Shown here one piece after another: positions 1-13,712 of a stretch of 64,000 nt of DNA. The stretch is from Actinomycetes bacterium (lineage in GTDB: Bacteria; Actinomycetota; Acidimicrobiia; Acidimicrobiales; RAAP-2): assembly GCA_021791635.1 (NCBI GenBank), contig JAJYWF010000002.1:4392-68391 (forward strand), written 5' to 3'. Under the pieces are notes generated by a model, which was given only the letters and a program-made list of their open reading frames with translations, made no database searches and was not told the DNA's origin. The first letter of the stretch is position 1; each line of letters starts with the position of its first letter. Position numbers and translations under genes: made by a program.

Positions 1-249
1 ACCCTGCCCGTCTCCAGCCTCCCGTCGACCATCACCAGCCTCCCGTCGACCATCACCAGCCTCCCGTCGACCATCACCAGCCTCCCGTCGACCATCACCA
101 GCCTCCCCTCGACCATCACAACCACGATCTCCGCGGCCACCAAGTCGATGACCGGTGCCGTCCAACCGGTGGTCTCGGGAGGGAGCACACTCCTGCACCG
201 CCTACTCACAGGACTGGGAGCCCTCGGGGGGACCACAACCTCCAAGTAG
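1..249 (+). CDS. 3' end of a CDS entering from upstream; Ser/Thr/Pro-rich protein with LPSTITS heptad repeats
   Basis: Frame 1 is open from base 1 to TAG at 247-249. Translation is TLPVSS(LPSTITS)x4 LPSTITTTISAATKSMTGAVQPVVSGGSTLLHRLLTGLGALGGTTTSK. It is absent from the ORF track because it has no start in the window. Confidence 0.5.
   Translation, partial: TLPVSSLPSTITSLPSTITSLPSTITSLPSTITSLPSTITTTISAATKSMTGAVQPVVSGGSTLLHRLLTGLGALGGTTTSK
19..123 (+). repeat. 21-bp in-frame tandem repeat, 4 perfect copies plus 1 degenerate copy
   Basis: Unit ctcccgtcgaccatcaccagc at 19-39, 40-60, 61-81 and 82-102; diverged copy at 103-123. Confidence 0.95.
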
Positions 250-301
250 CTGCGCGAGCAGAACCCCTGGTAATTCCTGACCAATCTGGTAGGCTTTTGC
301 C

Positions 302-820
302 ATGAGCCCCCGGCCCGGCACCTTGTTCAGCTTTCCCAACCCGGTCAACGAGAAGGCCGCCCGCACTGTGGCCGCCGGGGTGGTGGTGATGGCGGTGGCG
401 GCGGTGGCCTTCGACCTGCCGTGGCTGGTCGTCCCCCTCGCCGCCGGTTTCTACGCCCGGGTGCTGACCGGACCGACCCTGAGCCCGCTCGGCCAACTCG
501 CCACCAGGGTGATCGCACCTCACCTGCTCGGTGCAGCCCGGCCGGTCCCAGGGCCTCCCAAGCGCTTCGCCCAGGGAATCGGCGCGGTCCTCACCAGCGC
601 GGCCCTGGTGGTCTGGGCGACGGAAGGATGGGATCCTGCTCGTTGGCTTATCGGGCTCCTGGCGGCCGCGGCGTTCAGCGAAGCGGCCTTCGGGTTCTGC
701 CTCGGCTGCACCGTGTTCGGCCGCCTCATGCGGATCGGCCTCATCCCCGAGTCAATCTGCGAGGAGTGTGCCGACATCGGCCGCCGGCACCCCACACTGG
801 TCCGCGCCGGACCGGGCTGA
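302..820 (+). CDS. DUF4395-family membrane protein
   Basis: 172 aa with hydrophobic segments and a C-terminal GFCLGCTVF...CEEC motif, typical of DUF4395 as I recall it. Confidence 0.7.
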   Translation: MSPRPGTLFSFPNPVNEKAARTVAAGVVVMAVAAVAFDLPWLVVPLAAGFYARVLTGPTLSPLGQLATRVIAPHLLGAARPVPGPPKRFAQGIGAVLTSAALVVWATEGWDPARWLIGLLAAAAFSEAAFGFCLGCTVFGRLMRIGLIPESICEECADIGRRHPTLVRAGPG

Positions 821-843
821 TCCTCACCGCACCCCAGTCGACC

Positions 844-2472
844 TCACCCGACCCCGGTCGGGTAGTGACCGACGACGGCGCCGTCGACGGCGCGCTCCAG
901 GCGCCTCCACGCCGCCACGGCCTCGACTCTCTCGACCGGCTCGAGCACCACCTCGTCACCAGGTCGACACTGCCCGATCTTCCAGCAGTCGGCACGCACG
1001 ACGACGGCCACGACGGGGTAGCCGCCGAGGGTGCCGTGGTCCGGTCCCAGGATCACCGGTCGCCCGTCGGGGGGCACCTGGATGGCGCCGATCACCATCC
1101 CCTCGGAGCCGATCTCTCCCGGGACCCGTTCGACCTCCGCATCGCCCACCGGGCGAAGGCGGACGCCGACGCGGTCACTCGACGAATCCACCACAAAACG
1201 TGCCGTGCCCAGGCGATCGAGCGCGTCGAGGGCGAACCACGAGAGGTGCGGGCCGGCGACGACCCTCAGACGCCACGGGGATCCGGTGGTCTTCTGGTCC
1301 TGCCCGAGCATGCCCGGGACCAGGTGGTCGCCGAGGTACCCGGCCCGGTCGGCCATTCCCAGGACGTCGCCGACCTCCAGCGCGCCCGGCCCGATCCGCG
1401 ACAGCACATCGCTCGAGCGGCTCCCCATCACCGTGGGGACGTCTACCCCTCCGGGCCACGCAACGTAGGTGCGGAGCCCCGAGCCGAGCCGGCGCACCGC
1501 CACCTGTTGGCCAGCCGACACCGGTACCACCCGGCCTGAGTCGACCCGTCGATCGTCCACGGCGACCTCGGCGGATCCGCCGACGACCGCCAGGTAGGTC
1601 GTGGCCAGGCAGCGGAGCACCGGGCCGTGTGCCGTCACCTCCAACGCTGCGGCCCCACGCCGGTTCCCGACCAACAGGTTCGCCAGCCCGTGGGCCAGTG
1701 CATCGGCCGGGCCGGCGCGCGGGACGCCAAGGTGGGCTACGCCCAGACGTCCACCGTCTTCGACCAAGGTGTGCATACCGGGGTCCAGCACGGCGAAACG
1801 AGGATCGGACACCGACTCCCACGGTCGACGCGACGATCGGGAGCTCCCTTGCGAAGTAGTAGGCCCAGGAGTCAGGTCGGGGACGAAGCGGACGGCGTCC
1901 CCTGGAGACAGCAGCCCGTAGGGCGGCACCTCTGGGTCAAAAGGCCGCCACCGGGTCCGGCCCACCAGTTGCCACCCCCCGGGCGATGCCCGGGGGTACA
2001 CCGCGGCGAATCCCCCGGCGAGAGCGACCGATCCGGCTGGGACCGACGGTCTCGGGGTGTCCCGGCGGGGCACCGAGCACAACCGCTCGGGCAGCCCGCT
2101 CAGGTACCCGAAGCCCGGTGCGAAGCCCACCATCTCCACCCGGAACGTGGCACTGGTCATCAGCTCGGTCAGCTCTTCTGGGCTCACCTGGGCCGACCGG
2201 CAGACGAACTCAAGGTCGGGCCCGTCGAACGCCGTCGGCACGGTGTGAGTGCGCCGCACCTCGGGCACCGCAGCACGATCCAGGTCCAGTCGGGCCACCT
2301 GCTCGACCAACGACTCCACGTCGGTGACGGTCGGATCGATCTCGACGAGCACCGACCGGCTCCCGGGCACCACTTCGACGACACCGGGCAGGTCAGCCGC
2401 GGCGATCCCCGCCGCCCAGTCGGGAACCCGCCGGGACCGGTCGAAGGTGAAGAGCATGCCGGCGTCCCCCAT
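844..2472 (-). CDS. pxpB-pxpC: Fused 5-oxoprolinase subunits B and C (KipI/KipA, allophanate-hydrolase subunit 1+2 family)
   Basis: The N-terminal half is KipI-like (GFAPGFGYL, GGWQLVGRT). The C-terminal half is KipA-like (GVPRAGPAD, GGYPVVAVV). The two are joined by a Ser/Arg-rich linker. ATG at 2472 chosen (MGDAGMLF). Confidence 0.8.
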   Translation of the reverse strand: MGDAGMLFTFDRSRRVPDWAAGIAAADLPGVVEVVPGSRSVLVEIDPTVTDVESLVEQVARLDLDRAAVPEVRRTHTVPTAFDGPDLEFVCRSAQVSPEELTELMTSATFRVEMVGFAPGFGYLSGLPERLCSVPRRDTPRPSVPAGSVALAGGFAAVYPRASPGGWQLVGRTRWRPFDPEVPPYGLLSPGDAVRFVPDLTPGPTTSQGSSRSSRRPWESVSDPRFAVLDPGMHTLVEDGGRLGVAHLGVPRAGPADALAHGLANLLVGNRRGAAALEVTAHGPVLRCLATTYLAVVGGSAEVAVDDRRVDSGRVVPVSAGQQVAVRRLGSGLRTYVAWPGGVDVPTVMGSRSSDVLSRIGPGALEVGDVLGMADRAGYLGDHLVPGMLGQDQKTTGSPWRLRVVAGPHLSWFALDALDRLGTARFVVDSSSDRVGVRLRPVGDAEVERVPGEIGSEGMVIGAIQVPPDGRPVILGPDHGTLGGYPVVAVVVRADCWKIGQCRPGDEVVLEPVERVEAVAAWRRLERAVDGAVVGHYPTGVG

Positions 2473-2501
2473 CGGCACGCCGGAGCGGCCGGCGCCGGCG
2501 A

Positions 2502-3310
2502 TCACCGCACCTGCGCTCGGAGCACAGCCGATCCGACGTAGGGAGCCACGACCACACCCGCCGCCTCCAGGGCCCGCCGGACCCCGGTGACCAGGGCGGG
2601 GGCGCCCGGGGTGTCGCCGTGGACACACAGCGTGTCGCAGAGGAGCGGGAGGGGGTCACCCGACACCGGCGTCACCGTGCCGGTCAGCACGATCGACAGG
2701 GCCTGCTCCACGGCCTCACCGACGTCGGTGATCACCGAGCTCGCTTCCGACCTCGGCACCAGGGTCCCGTCCGATCGGTAGCGGCGGTCGCAGAAGGCCT
2801 CGGCCACGACCGGGACGCCGAAGGTGGGGGGCACCCCGGCCGTGGCCGCGCCGGCCGGCATCACCAGGGCGACCGGCGCCGCGTCACCGCCCGAGCTCCC
2901 GCCCGCGAGCACGTCCGAGATCGCTGCGGCACAAGCTTCGTCGCCGGCCGTCCGGTGGTACAGGGCGCCGTGGGGCTTGACCGAACGGATGCCGGTACCC
3001 CACTCGCGAGTCACCGTGGCAAGGGCGTCGAGCTGCCGGCGGACGTCGGTGGCGACCTGGACGGGGCTCCGCTCAATGTCCCTCCGGCCGAACCCGGCGC
3101 GGTCGGGATACGAGGGATGGGCCCCGACCACGACCCCGCACGACACGGCGGCAGCCACGACCCGTCGCATGGTGGTGTCGTCGCCGGCGTGGTAGCCGCA
3201 AGCCACGTGGACGGTCGTGGTCGCGGCCAGGAGCGCTTCTTCGATGCGGGCCGACGCGTCACCGGTGGATTCGCCCACATCGGCATTGAGATCGACCCTC
3301 CGGACGGCGT

Positions 3311-3314
<4 letters not shown>
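2502..3314 (-). CDS. pxpA: 5-oxoprolinase subunit A (LamB/YcsF family)
   Basis: DLNADVGE N-terminal motif and 270 aa length. The ATG overlaps the lhr stop (ATGA at 3311-3314). Confidence 0.85.
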
Positions 3315-7858
<4,544 letters not shown>

Positions 7859-7906
7859 CCCCCTATTCCACCAGGAGGGAGTGACGGGCGCACCGCTGCC
7901 CCACGG

Positions 7907-8896
7907 TCACCTCCCCGTCACGCTCATCCGATCGACCCCCTCGGGATCGTCGAGGGCCGAGGCCACCGCCGCCCGACCGGCGTCGATCATCTGGGCCGAT
8001 GCCGTGAAGTCACGGTAGTCGGCTCCGGGCTCGCCTCCGGCGGTGAGCACGGTCAGCTCGACGTCGGGGGGCACCATGGCCAGCTCCCGGGCGAAACGGG
8101 CGTGGATCGCCACGAAGAACGCCGTGAGCACTGCTTCGACCGGACGGCTGGGAACCGGGGGCCGGTAGTCGAGCGGACCGCAGAGGAGGACGTAGATCCG
8201 CTTGATCCCGGCGTGAAGCGGTCGGCTGATGGGGACGTTGTCGACCACGCCCCCGTCCACCAGGAGCTCGCCTTCGAACTCGACCGGCGGGAAGATCGCC
8301 GGGATCGCCGCCGAAGCCAGCACTGCGTCCACGACGGGCCCGCGCGTGATCCAGCGCTCCTGGCCCCCGGTGAGCGACGTCGCCACCACTTCCAAGGGGA
8401 TCAGCGCGTCCTCCAGCAGCTCGAACGCCACCCCCTCCTCCAAGATGCGGCGCAGCCCGGTGTTCGGATGGACCGAGGATCGGTGCTGGAGGAACCTCCA
8501 GGGACCGTGGGCCCGGCCCCGCGGGAAGACCGTCTCTCCTGAGAGGTTCCTCCACACGTTCTCCAAGCGCTCCATTCCTCCGGGCGTGGGATCGCCGCAG
8601 TACGCCGCGGCGTTCACCGCTCCGACCGAGGCGCCGTACACGCGGTCGGCACGGATCCCGCGGTCGACCAGCTCGGCCAGCATCCCCACCTGTACGGCCC
8701 CACGGCTGCCCCCGCCGGCCAGTACGAAGGCGGTGAGGCCGGTCCCGACCGGTGCGGGATCGCCCGGCACTCCGACGAGAGCGCCGATCCACCTCCGGCC
8801 CCGGGACCCACGGGCCCGCCACGGACGGAAGGGGTGCCGCGCCTCTTCGGGCTCGCGGTCCCCCACGCTGCGATGATCGCCGGCCGAGCTCGTCAA
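7907..8896 (-). CDS. Patatin-like phospholipase
   Basis: GGGSRG oxyanion motif, GASVGA (GxSxG) nucleophile and DGG catalytic Asp. The first in-frame start is TTG at 8896; the true start may lie downstream. Confidence 0.8.
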   Translation of the reverse strand: MTSSAGDHRSVGDREPEEARHPFRPWRARGSRGRRWIGALVGVPGDPAPVGTGLTAFVLAGGGSRGAVQVGMLAELVDRGIRADRVYGASVGAVNAAAYCGDPTPGGMERLENVWRNLSGETVFPRGRAHGPWRFLQHRSSVHPNTGLRRILEEGVAFELLEDALIPLEVVATSLTGGQERWITRGPVVDAVLASAAIPAIFPPVEFEGELLVDGGVVDNVPISRPLHAGIKRIYVLLCGPLDYRPPVPSRPVEAVLTAFFVAIHARFARELAMVPPDVELTVLTAGGEPGADYRDFTASAQMIDAGRAAVASALDDPEGVDRMSVTGR

Positions 8897-9129
8897 TCCG
8901 AGCGCTCCCTGGCCGTCCCGTGGCGTCCGTGCGGACGGTGCCCGTTCGTCCGGGGGGAAGCGATCCGTCCGTCGTCGGCGTCAGGAACCCGCTGTTGACG
9001 GCGGGCCCACTCTGCTCGTCCCACCCGGTCACGGCGTACCGCCCAGGAGACGGTGATGACGGCCAGGACGACGAACGCCACCACGAACAGGCCGAAGACG
9101 ACATCGAAGGCGACGGCCACCGCCAACAT
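8893..9129 (-). CDS. Small single-pass membrane protein (hypothetical)
   Basis: ATG at 9129 gives MLAVAVAFDVVFGLFVVAFVVLAVITVSWAV plus a basic tail. Third-position GC is high. Its stop overlaps the patatin TTG start (8893-8896). Confidence 0.4.
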   Translation of the reverse strand: MLAVAVAFDVVFGLFVVAFVVLAVITVSWAVRRDRVGRAEWARRQQRVPDADDGRIASPRTNGHRPHGRHGTARERSD

Positions 9130-9234
9130 CGCTGCCGGGTGGAGGGAGAGAAGGGCGTCGGGTCGAAGCACTCCACCCAGGCTACGGGCTGGGCGAACCC
9201 GGGAAGCGTTACATCCCTGGTCCACACTGTCCCG

Positions 9235-10071
9235 ATGACCGCTCCGCACGGCGAAGGGCCTCTCCCACCTGGGGACCGGGCCGTTCTCGGCCGCCTCAGG
9301 GGAGACCCGTCCCGACGCCCGCGCACCGACCCGTCCCTGGCCGGCGGCTTGAGGGAGTGGTTGGAGGACGGCGTGGGTGCGGCTACCAGGGAGTTGCCGC
9401 CCGGCTCACCCCCCGTGTGGATCGACCGTTGGGCGATGTCCGGCCGACCACCGTTCGACCCCGACGCCCCCTTCAACGTCTCATGGGCCCGCCGGGCCAT
9501 GCTCGCCGTGCTGTTCCGCCAGCTCGTCGTGACCGGGCGCATCGACGACCCGGTCGCCGACGCCGTGGGGGCGATGGCCGTCGACGAAGGTGGGGCACGG
9601 GTGCTCGAGGGCCTTCGGGGCCTGCCACCGGCCGAGCGAGCCGCCGTCCGCCGGGCCGTTCTCGCCGGCGCGTCGGTCATGGCGTCGCAGTGGGCGGCCA
9701 TCCCCCCGGCGTGGCGACCGCGGACCCGGGACCGCATCCGCATTCCGCTGGCCGGTGGCCGGGTCGTACTGGCCACTTCCCTCGACCTTGTGCTCGGAAC
9801 ACCGCCGGGGGGCCGGCGTACGGTCTGTACGGTCAGGCTCTCGGCCGGTGCCGGGTCGAACGCTGACCGGAGCGACCGCCTGTTCGACGCGCTCCTCGAG
9901 ACGCTCCGGAGTGGCGCGCCACCTTTTCGGGTCGCCACCTACGATCCCACGTCGGGTGAGCTCGAGACCCTCGACGTCGTCGACGATCACCTGACCGCCG
10001 CCGTGAGCCAGGTCGTCGGAGCCGTCGCCGGCAGGTGCGTCCCCGCCCGGGGTGCCGAGCGCGCCGCGTGA
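9235..10071 (+). CDS. Hypothetical protein, paralogue of the next gene
   Basis: ATG at 9235; the upstream part of track ORF 8752..10071 overlaps patatin and was discarded. No family recognised. Confidence 0.55.
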   Translation: MTAPHGEGPLPPGDRAVLGRLRGDPSRRPRTDPSLAGGLREWLEDGVGAATRELPPGSPPVWIDRWAMSGRPPFDPDAPFNVSWARRAMLAVLFRQLVVTGRIDDPVADAVGAMAVDEGGARVLEGLRGLPPAERAAVRRAVLAGASVMASQWAAIPPAWRPRTRDRIRIPLAGGRVVLATSLDLVLGTPPGGRRTVCTVRLSAGAGSNADRSDRLFDALLETLRSGAPPFRVATYDPTSGELETLDVVDDHLTAAVSQVVGAVAGRCVPARGAERAA

Positions 10072-11126
10072 TCTCCTCGGACCCGTCGGACGGGTGCCGG
10101 CACGACCCCGGCCGGTTCCCGGTGCTGCCCACTTCTGTCGCCGCCTGGCAGGGCTCGCCGGTCGCCGGGCGTGTCACCGACACCCTCACCTCCCCGGCCG
10201 AGCGATTCCCGGTCGTGTCCGAGAGGACCCGGGCCGAGCTCTGCGCACTGATCGAACGCACCTTACGTGACTGCCGAGGTCGACCACCGGGGCCGGGGTC
10301 GACCACCGTCACGCCCTTCCTGGTGCGCCAGCTCCACGCCCGCCGACCCCTTGGCCCCTTCAAGTGGTCGCCCCGGACCGCCCGCAGGACCATCGGCGTC
10401 GCCGCCGCCCGGCGATGCGTGAGCGGACGGTGGACCACGCCGGGCACGGAGGTCGCCGCCACGGTGACCGACCTGGTCGGCAGCGCCGGTCGTCCCGGAT
10501 CGCTCGGCTCCTGGCTGGCCGGGCTGGACAGACCGGTCTTGGCCGCCACGGTGGCCGAGGCCACTACGTGGGCGACCAACCTCCTCGACGCCCTCGACTG
10601 GTCTCGCCCCGATCTCCACCCGCTGGTCGGTACCGCCGATCGATGGTGGCGCTCCGGGGGGACGGCCAGGCTCGCCGTCCGTGGACGGACCGACGTGTCG
10701 GTCGCGGTGCCAGGCCCCCTACCGGGCGCCGTACCGGTCACCACCACGGACGCGACGCCGATCGGTTCGGACGGCCACCTTCCGAGGGCGACCCTCACGA
10801 TGTTCGACGGGAGCCCCAGACCCTCGGGATGGATCGAGCTGGGGCTGGATGCCCTCGTGTCGGTGTTGTCCGGGCCCGTGGAGGAGGTTCCCGTCAGGGT
10901 GAGTGGATGGTGGCCGGCCGCCGGCCGCCTGGTCGTCCTCCAGGTCGACCCCGGCCTCCTCCTTCGGACGGCCGAAGCCGTCGCCGCCACCCTCTCGGAG
11001 ACTGTCGACCAGGATCGTGACCAGGGCCCGTGGGGAGCCACTCGGGGACCTGGAAGCCGAGTGGGCCGGCCCACGGCTGCACGCCGTACTGCCCCGGGGG
11101 AACGGGAGGCCGTACTTCGACGGTAG
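10068..11126 (+). CDS. Hypothetical protein, paralogue of the previous gene
   Basis: GTG at 10068 overlaps the upstream stop (GTGA). Its motif order resembles that of the preceding protein. Confidence 0.55.
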   Translation: MISSDPSDGCRHDPGRFPVLPTSVAAWQGSPVAGRVTDTLTSPAERFPVVSERTRAELCALIERTLRDCRGRPPGPGSTTVTPFLVRQLHARRPLGPFKWSPRTARRTIGVAAARRCVSGRWTTPGTEVAATVTDLVGSAGRPGSLGSWLAGLDRPVLAATVAEATTWATNLLDALDWSRPDLHPLVGTADRWWRSGGTARLAVRGRTDVSVAVPGPLPGAVPVTTTDATPIGSDGHLPRATLTMFDGSPRPSGWIELGLDALVSVLSGPVEEVPVRVSGWWPAAGRLVVLQVDPGLLLRTAEAVAATLSETVDQDRDQGPWGATRGPGSRVGRPTAARRTAPGEREAVLRR

Positions 11127-11139
11127 AGTCACAGCGGCC

Positions 11140-13041
11140 ATGGAAGCTCGGGACGATCTTCGTAACGTGGCCATCGTGGCCCATGTGGACCACGGGAAGA
11201 CCACCCTGGTGGACGCCATGCTCCGTCAGACCGGCGCCTTCCGGTCCAACGAGGAGGTGGCCGACCGGGTCTTGGACTCGGGTGACCTCGAGAGGGAAAA
11301 GGGAATCACCATCCTGGCCAAGAACACGGCCGTCCGAGCTCGCGGGGTGAAGATCAACATCGTGGACACGCCGGGCCACGCCGACTTCGGCGGGGAGGTC
11401 GAGCGTGGTCTGACCATGGTGGACGGAGTCCTGCTGCTGGTGGACGCGTCCGAGGGTCCGTTGCCCCAGACCCGCTTCGTCCTCCGCAAGGCGCTGGAGG
11501 CCCGGCTCCCGGTGATCCTGGTGGTGAACAAGGTCGACCGGGCCGACGCCAGGGTGGACCAGGTGGTCCACGAAGTCGAAGAGCTCTTCTTGGACCTGGA
11601 CGCCGACGAGCACCAGATCGACTTCCCCATCCTCTACGCCAATGCCCGAGCCGGTTGGGCGACCACCGAGCGGGGGGTCGAGGGCACTGATCTCGGACCC
11701 CTCTTCGACGCCATCGTCCGCTGGATCCCGGCCCCAGAGTTCGATCCCGCCGCACCGCTCCAGGCCCTGGTGTGCAACCTCGACGCGTCGCCCTACGTGG
11801 GCCGCCTGGCCATCTGCCGGATCTATCACGGGACCTTGCGCAAGGGGGAGACCGTCGCCTGGTGCAAGCTGGACGGGACCGTCGAACCAGCCCGCGTGAC
11901 CGAGCTGTACGTGACCAGCGCCCTGGAGCGGGTGGCCACCGACGAAGCAGGGCCCGGCGAGATCGCCGCGGTGGCCGGTATGCCCTTGGTGACCATCGGG
12001 GAGACCCTGGCCGACGCCGAACACCCGGTGGCCCTCCCGGCCATCGTGGTGGACGAACCGAGCTTGACCATGACCGTGGGGATCAATACCTCTCCATTGG
12101 CCGGTTCCGGCGGCGTGGCCGGGACCAAGCTCACGGCCCGCCAGGTGAAGAATCGCCTCGACGCCGAGCTGGTGGGGAACGTCTCGCTCCGGGTCAACCC
12201 CACCGACCGGCCCGACGCCTGGGAGGTGCAGGGACGGGGTGAGCTCCAGCTGGCGGTGTTGGTGGAGACCATGCGCCGGGAAGGCTTCGAGCTGACCGTC
12301 GGGAAACCCCAAGTCGTGACCAGGACCAACGAGGGGGTTCTCGAGGAGCCGATGGAGCGCGTCGCCGTCGACGTCCCCGACGACTACTTGGGGATCGTGA
12401 CCCAGCTGCTGGCCCTACGGAAGGGGTTGATGGTGGAGATGGTGAACCACGGCACCGGCTGGGTCCGCCTCGAGTACCGGGTTCCCGCCCGAGGCCTCGT
12501 GGGGTTCCGAACCGAGTTCCTCACCGAGACCCGGGGCACGGGCGTGCTGCACCACGTGTTCGACGGCTGGGAGCCCTGGTGTGGCGAGCTCCGGACTCGG
12601 CGCAACGGCTCGATGGTCGCCGACCGGCGGGGGGTCACCACGACCCATGCGCTGATGAACCTTCAGGACCGGGGCACGCTGCTGGTGGGACCCGGAGTGG
12701 AGGTCTACGAGGGAATGCTCGTCGGCGAGAACGCCCGCAGCGAGGAGATGGACGTGAACCCCACGAAGGAGAAGAAGCTGACCAACGTGCGGTCGTCTAC
12801 TGCCGAAGAGCTTGAGCGGCTCACCCCGCCGTTGACTCTCTCCCTCGAGCAGGCACTGGAGTTCATCGGGGAAGACGAGTGCGTCGAGGTGACCCCGTCG
12901 GCCGTCCGGCTCCGCAAAGTCGTGTTGGACCGGACGGTGCGCGGCCGTCAACGAGGTCGGGTGCGGTCAGCGGCCCAGTCGGCCCAGTCGGCCCAGTCGG
13001 CGCGCGAGGCGGGTGCTCAGGCCGAGGTGGGCGGCCGGTAG
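11140..13041 (+). CDS. typA: Translational GTPase TypA/BipA
   Basis: [15 protein letters not shown] (G1), DTPGHADF (G3) and NKVDR (G4). ATG at 11140. Confidence 0.95.
   Translation: MEARDDLRNVAIVAHVDHGKTTLVDAMLRQTGAFRSNEEVADRVLDSGDLEREKGITILAKNTAVRARGVKINIVDTPGHADFGGEVERGLTMVDGVLLLVDASEGPLPQTRFVLRKALEARLPVILVVNKVDRADARVDQVVHEVEELFLDLDADEHQIDFPILYANARAGWATTERGVEGTDLGPLFDAIVRWIPAPEFDPAAPLQALVCNLDASPYVGRLAICRIYHGTLRKGETVAWCKLDGTVEPARVTELYVTSALERVATDEAGPGEIAAVAGMPLVTIGETLADAEHPVALPAIVVDEPSLTMTVGINTSPLAGSGGVAGTKLTARQVKNRLDAELVGNVSLRVNPTDRPDAWEVQGRGELQLAVLVETMRREGFELTVGKPQVVTRTNEGVLEEPMERVAVDVPDDYLGIVTQLLALRKGLMVEMVNHGTGWVRLEYRVPARGLVGFRTEFLTETRGTGVLHHVFDGWEPWCGELRTRRNGSMVADRRGVTTTHALMNLQDRGTLLVGPGVEVYEGMLVGENARSEEMDVNPTKEKKLTNVRSSTAEELERLTPPLTLSLEQALEFIGEDECVEVTPSAVRLRKVVLDRTVRGRQRGRVRSAAQSAQSAQSAREAGAQAEVGGR
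12972..12998. repeat. 9-bp in-frame tandem repeat x3 in the typA 3' tail
   Basis: ggcccagtc x3, encoding AQSAQSAQS. Confidence 0.9.
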
Positions 13042-13712
13042 CGGTAGCCGAAACCCCGGGCGTTCTCCAGTGGGCACCCCTCGACCCCGGTCCAACCCAG
13101 CCGCCGTCGCAACCCCATGACCGTGAACTTGACCCGGTCGGTGCGCGATCCGCTGGGATCGTCCCAGACCGCCTTCAGCAGCTCGGGGACCGAGACCACC
13201 TGGTCACACCGGCGGACCAGCTCCACCAGGAGGCGGAGCTCCGTCGGGGTGAGGTTCACCTCGCGGCCGTGGACCCTGACTGAGGACCGGTCGAACTGCA
13301 TCGACAGCACGCCATCGTCATAGGCGTCCTGTTCCCCCCTGGGCGAAGGGTGGCGCCTGAGTAGGGCACCGATCCGGGCCAGCAGCTCGGCGTGGCTGAA
13401 CGGCTTGGTCATGTAGTCATCGGCTCCACTGAGAAGGCCGCGGGCCTTCTCCGACTCCAAGCCACGAGCGGTGAGGACCAGCACCGGGTTGGGGCTCATG
13501 CTCCGGATGCGTTCGAGCACTTCCCAACCGTCCATTTCGGGTAGGCCCACGTCCAAGAGCACTACGTCGGGAAGCTCGGCTGTGAAACGCTCCAGGCCGG
13601 TCTCGCCGTCGGATGCCCATGCGGCTACGTACCCAGCTCGCTCGAGCACCAGCCCCAGCGACCTCCCGATGTCCGGGTCGTCTTCGATGACCAGGACGCG
13701 GAACTGGGTCAT
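13017..13712 (-). CDS. OmpR-family response regulator
   Basis: Receiver domain ([18 protein letters not shown]) plus a winged-helix C-terminus (LTPTELRLL). ATG at 13712 overlaps the kinase stop. Confidence 0.9.
   Translation of the reverse strand: MTQFRVLVIEDDPDIGRSLGLVLERAGYVAAWASDGETGLERFTAELPDVVLLDVGLPEMDGWEVLERIRSMSPNPVLVLTARGLESEKARGLLSGADDYMTKPFSHAELLARIGALLRRHPSPRGEQDAYDDGVLSMQFDRSSVRVHGREVNLTPTELRLLVELVRRCDQVVSVPELLKAVWDDPSGSRTDRVKFTVMGLRRRLGWTGVEGCPLENARGFGYRYRPPTSA

Noticed and set aside
19-123. Tandem repeats (here and at 5854, 7529, 35848, 51059) considered as possible CRISPR arrays
   Set aside because: The repeats are directly abutting with no spacers. Unit lengths are multiples of 3, and they lie in frame inside coding sequences. 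No cas genes are present.
421-2628. Long plus-strand ORFs (421..1539, 531..1859, 1627..2541) overlapping the pxpB-pxpC gene
   Set aside because: Their products are Arg/Pro/Gly-rich low-complexity sequences, typical of wrong-frame or antisense reading in 70% GC DNA. The minus-strand frame has clear KipI/KipA homology.
8010-11074. 642-aa (8010..9938) and 413-aa (9833..11074) minus-strand ORFs, and the 8752..9234 N-terminal extension of the plus-strand ORF
   Set aside because: Their composition is Arg/Pro/Ser-rich with no recognisable motifs. They overlap the well-supported patatin gene and the two plus-strand genes, whose starts fit an ATG and a GTGA overlap.
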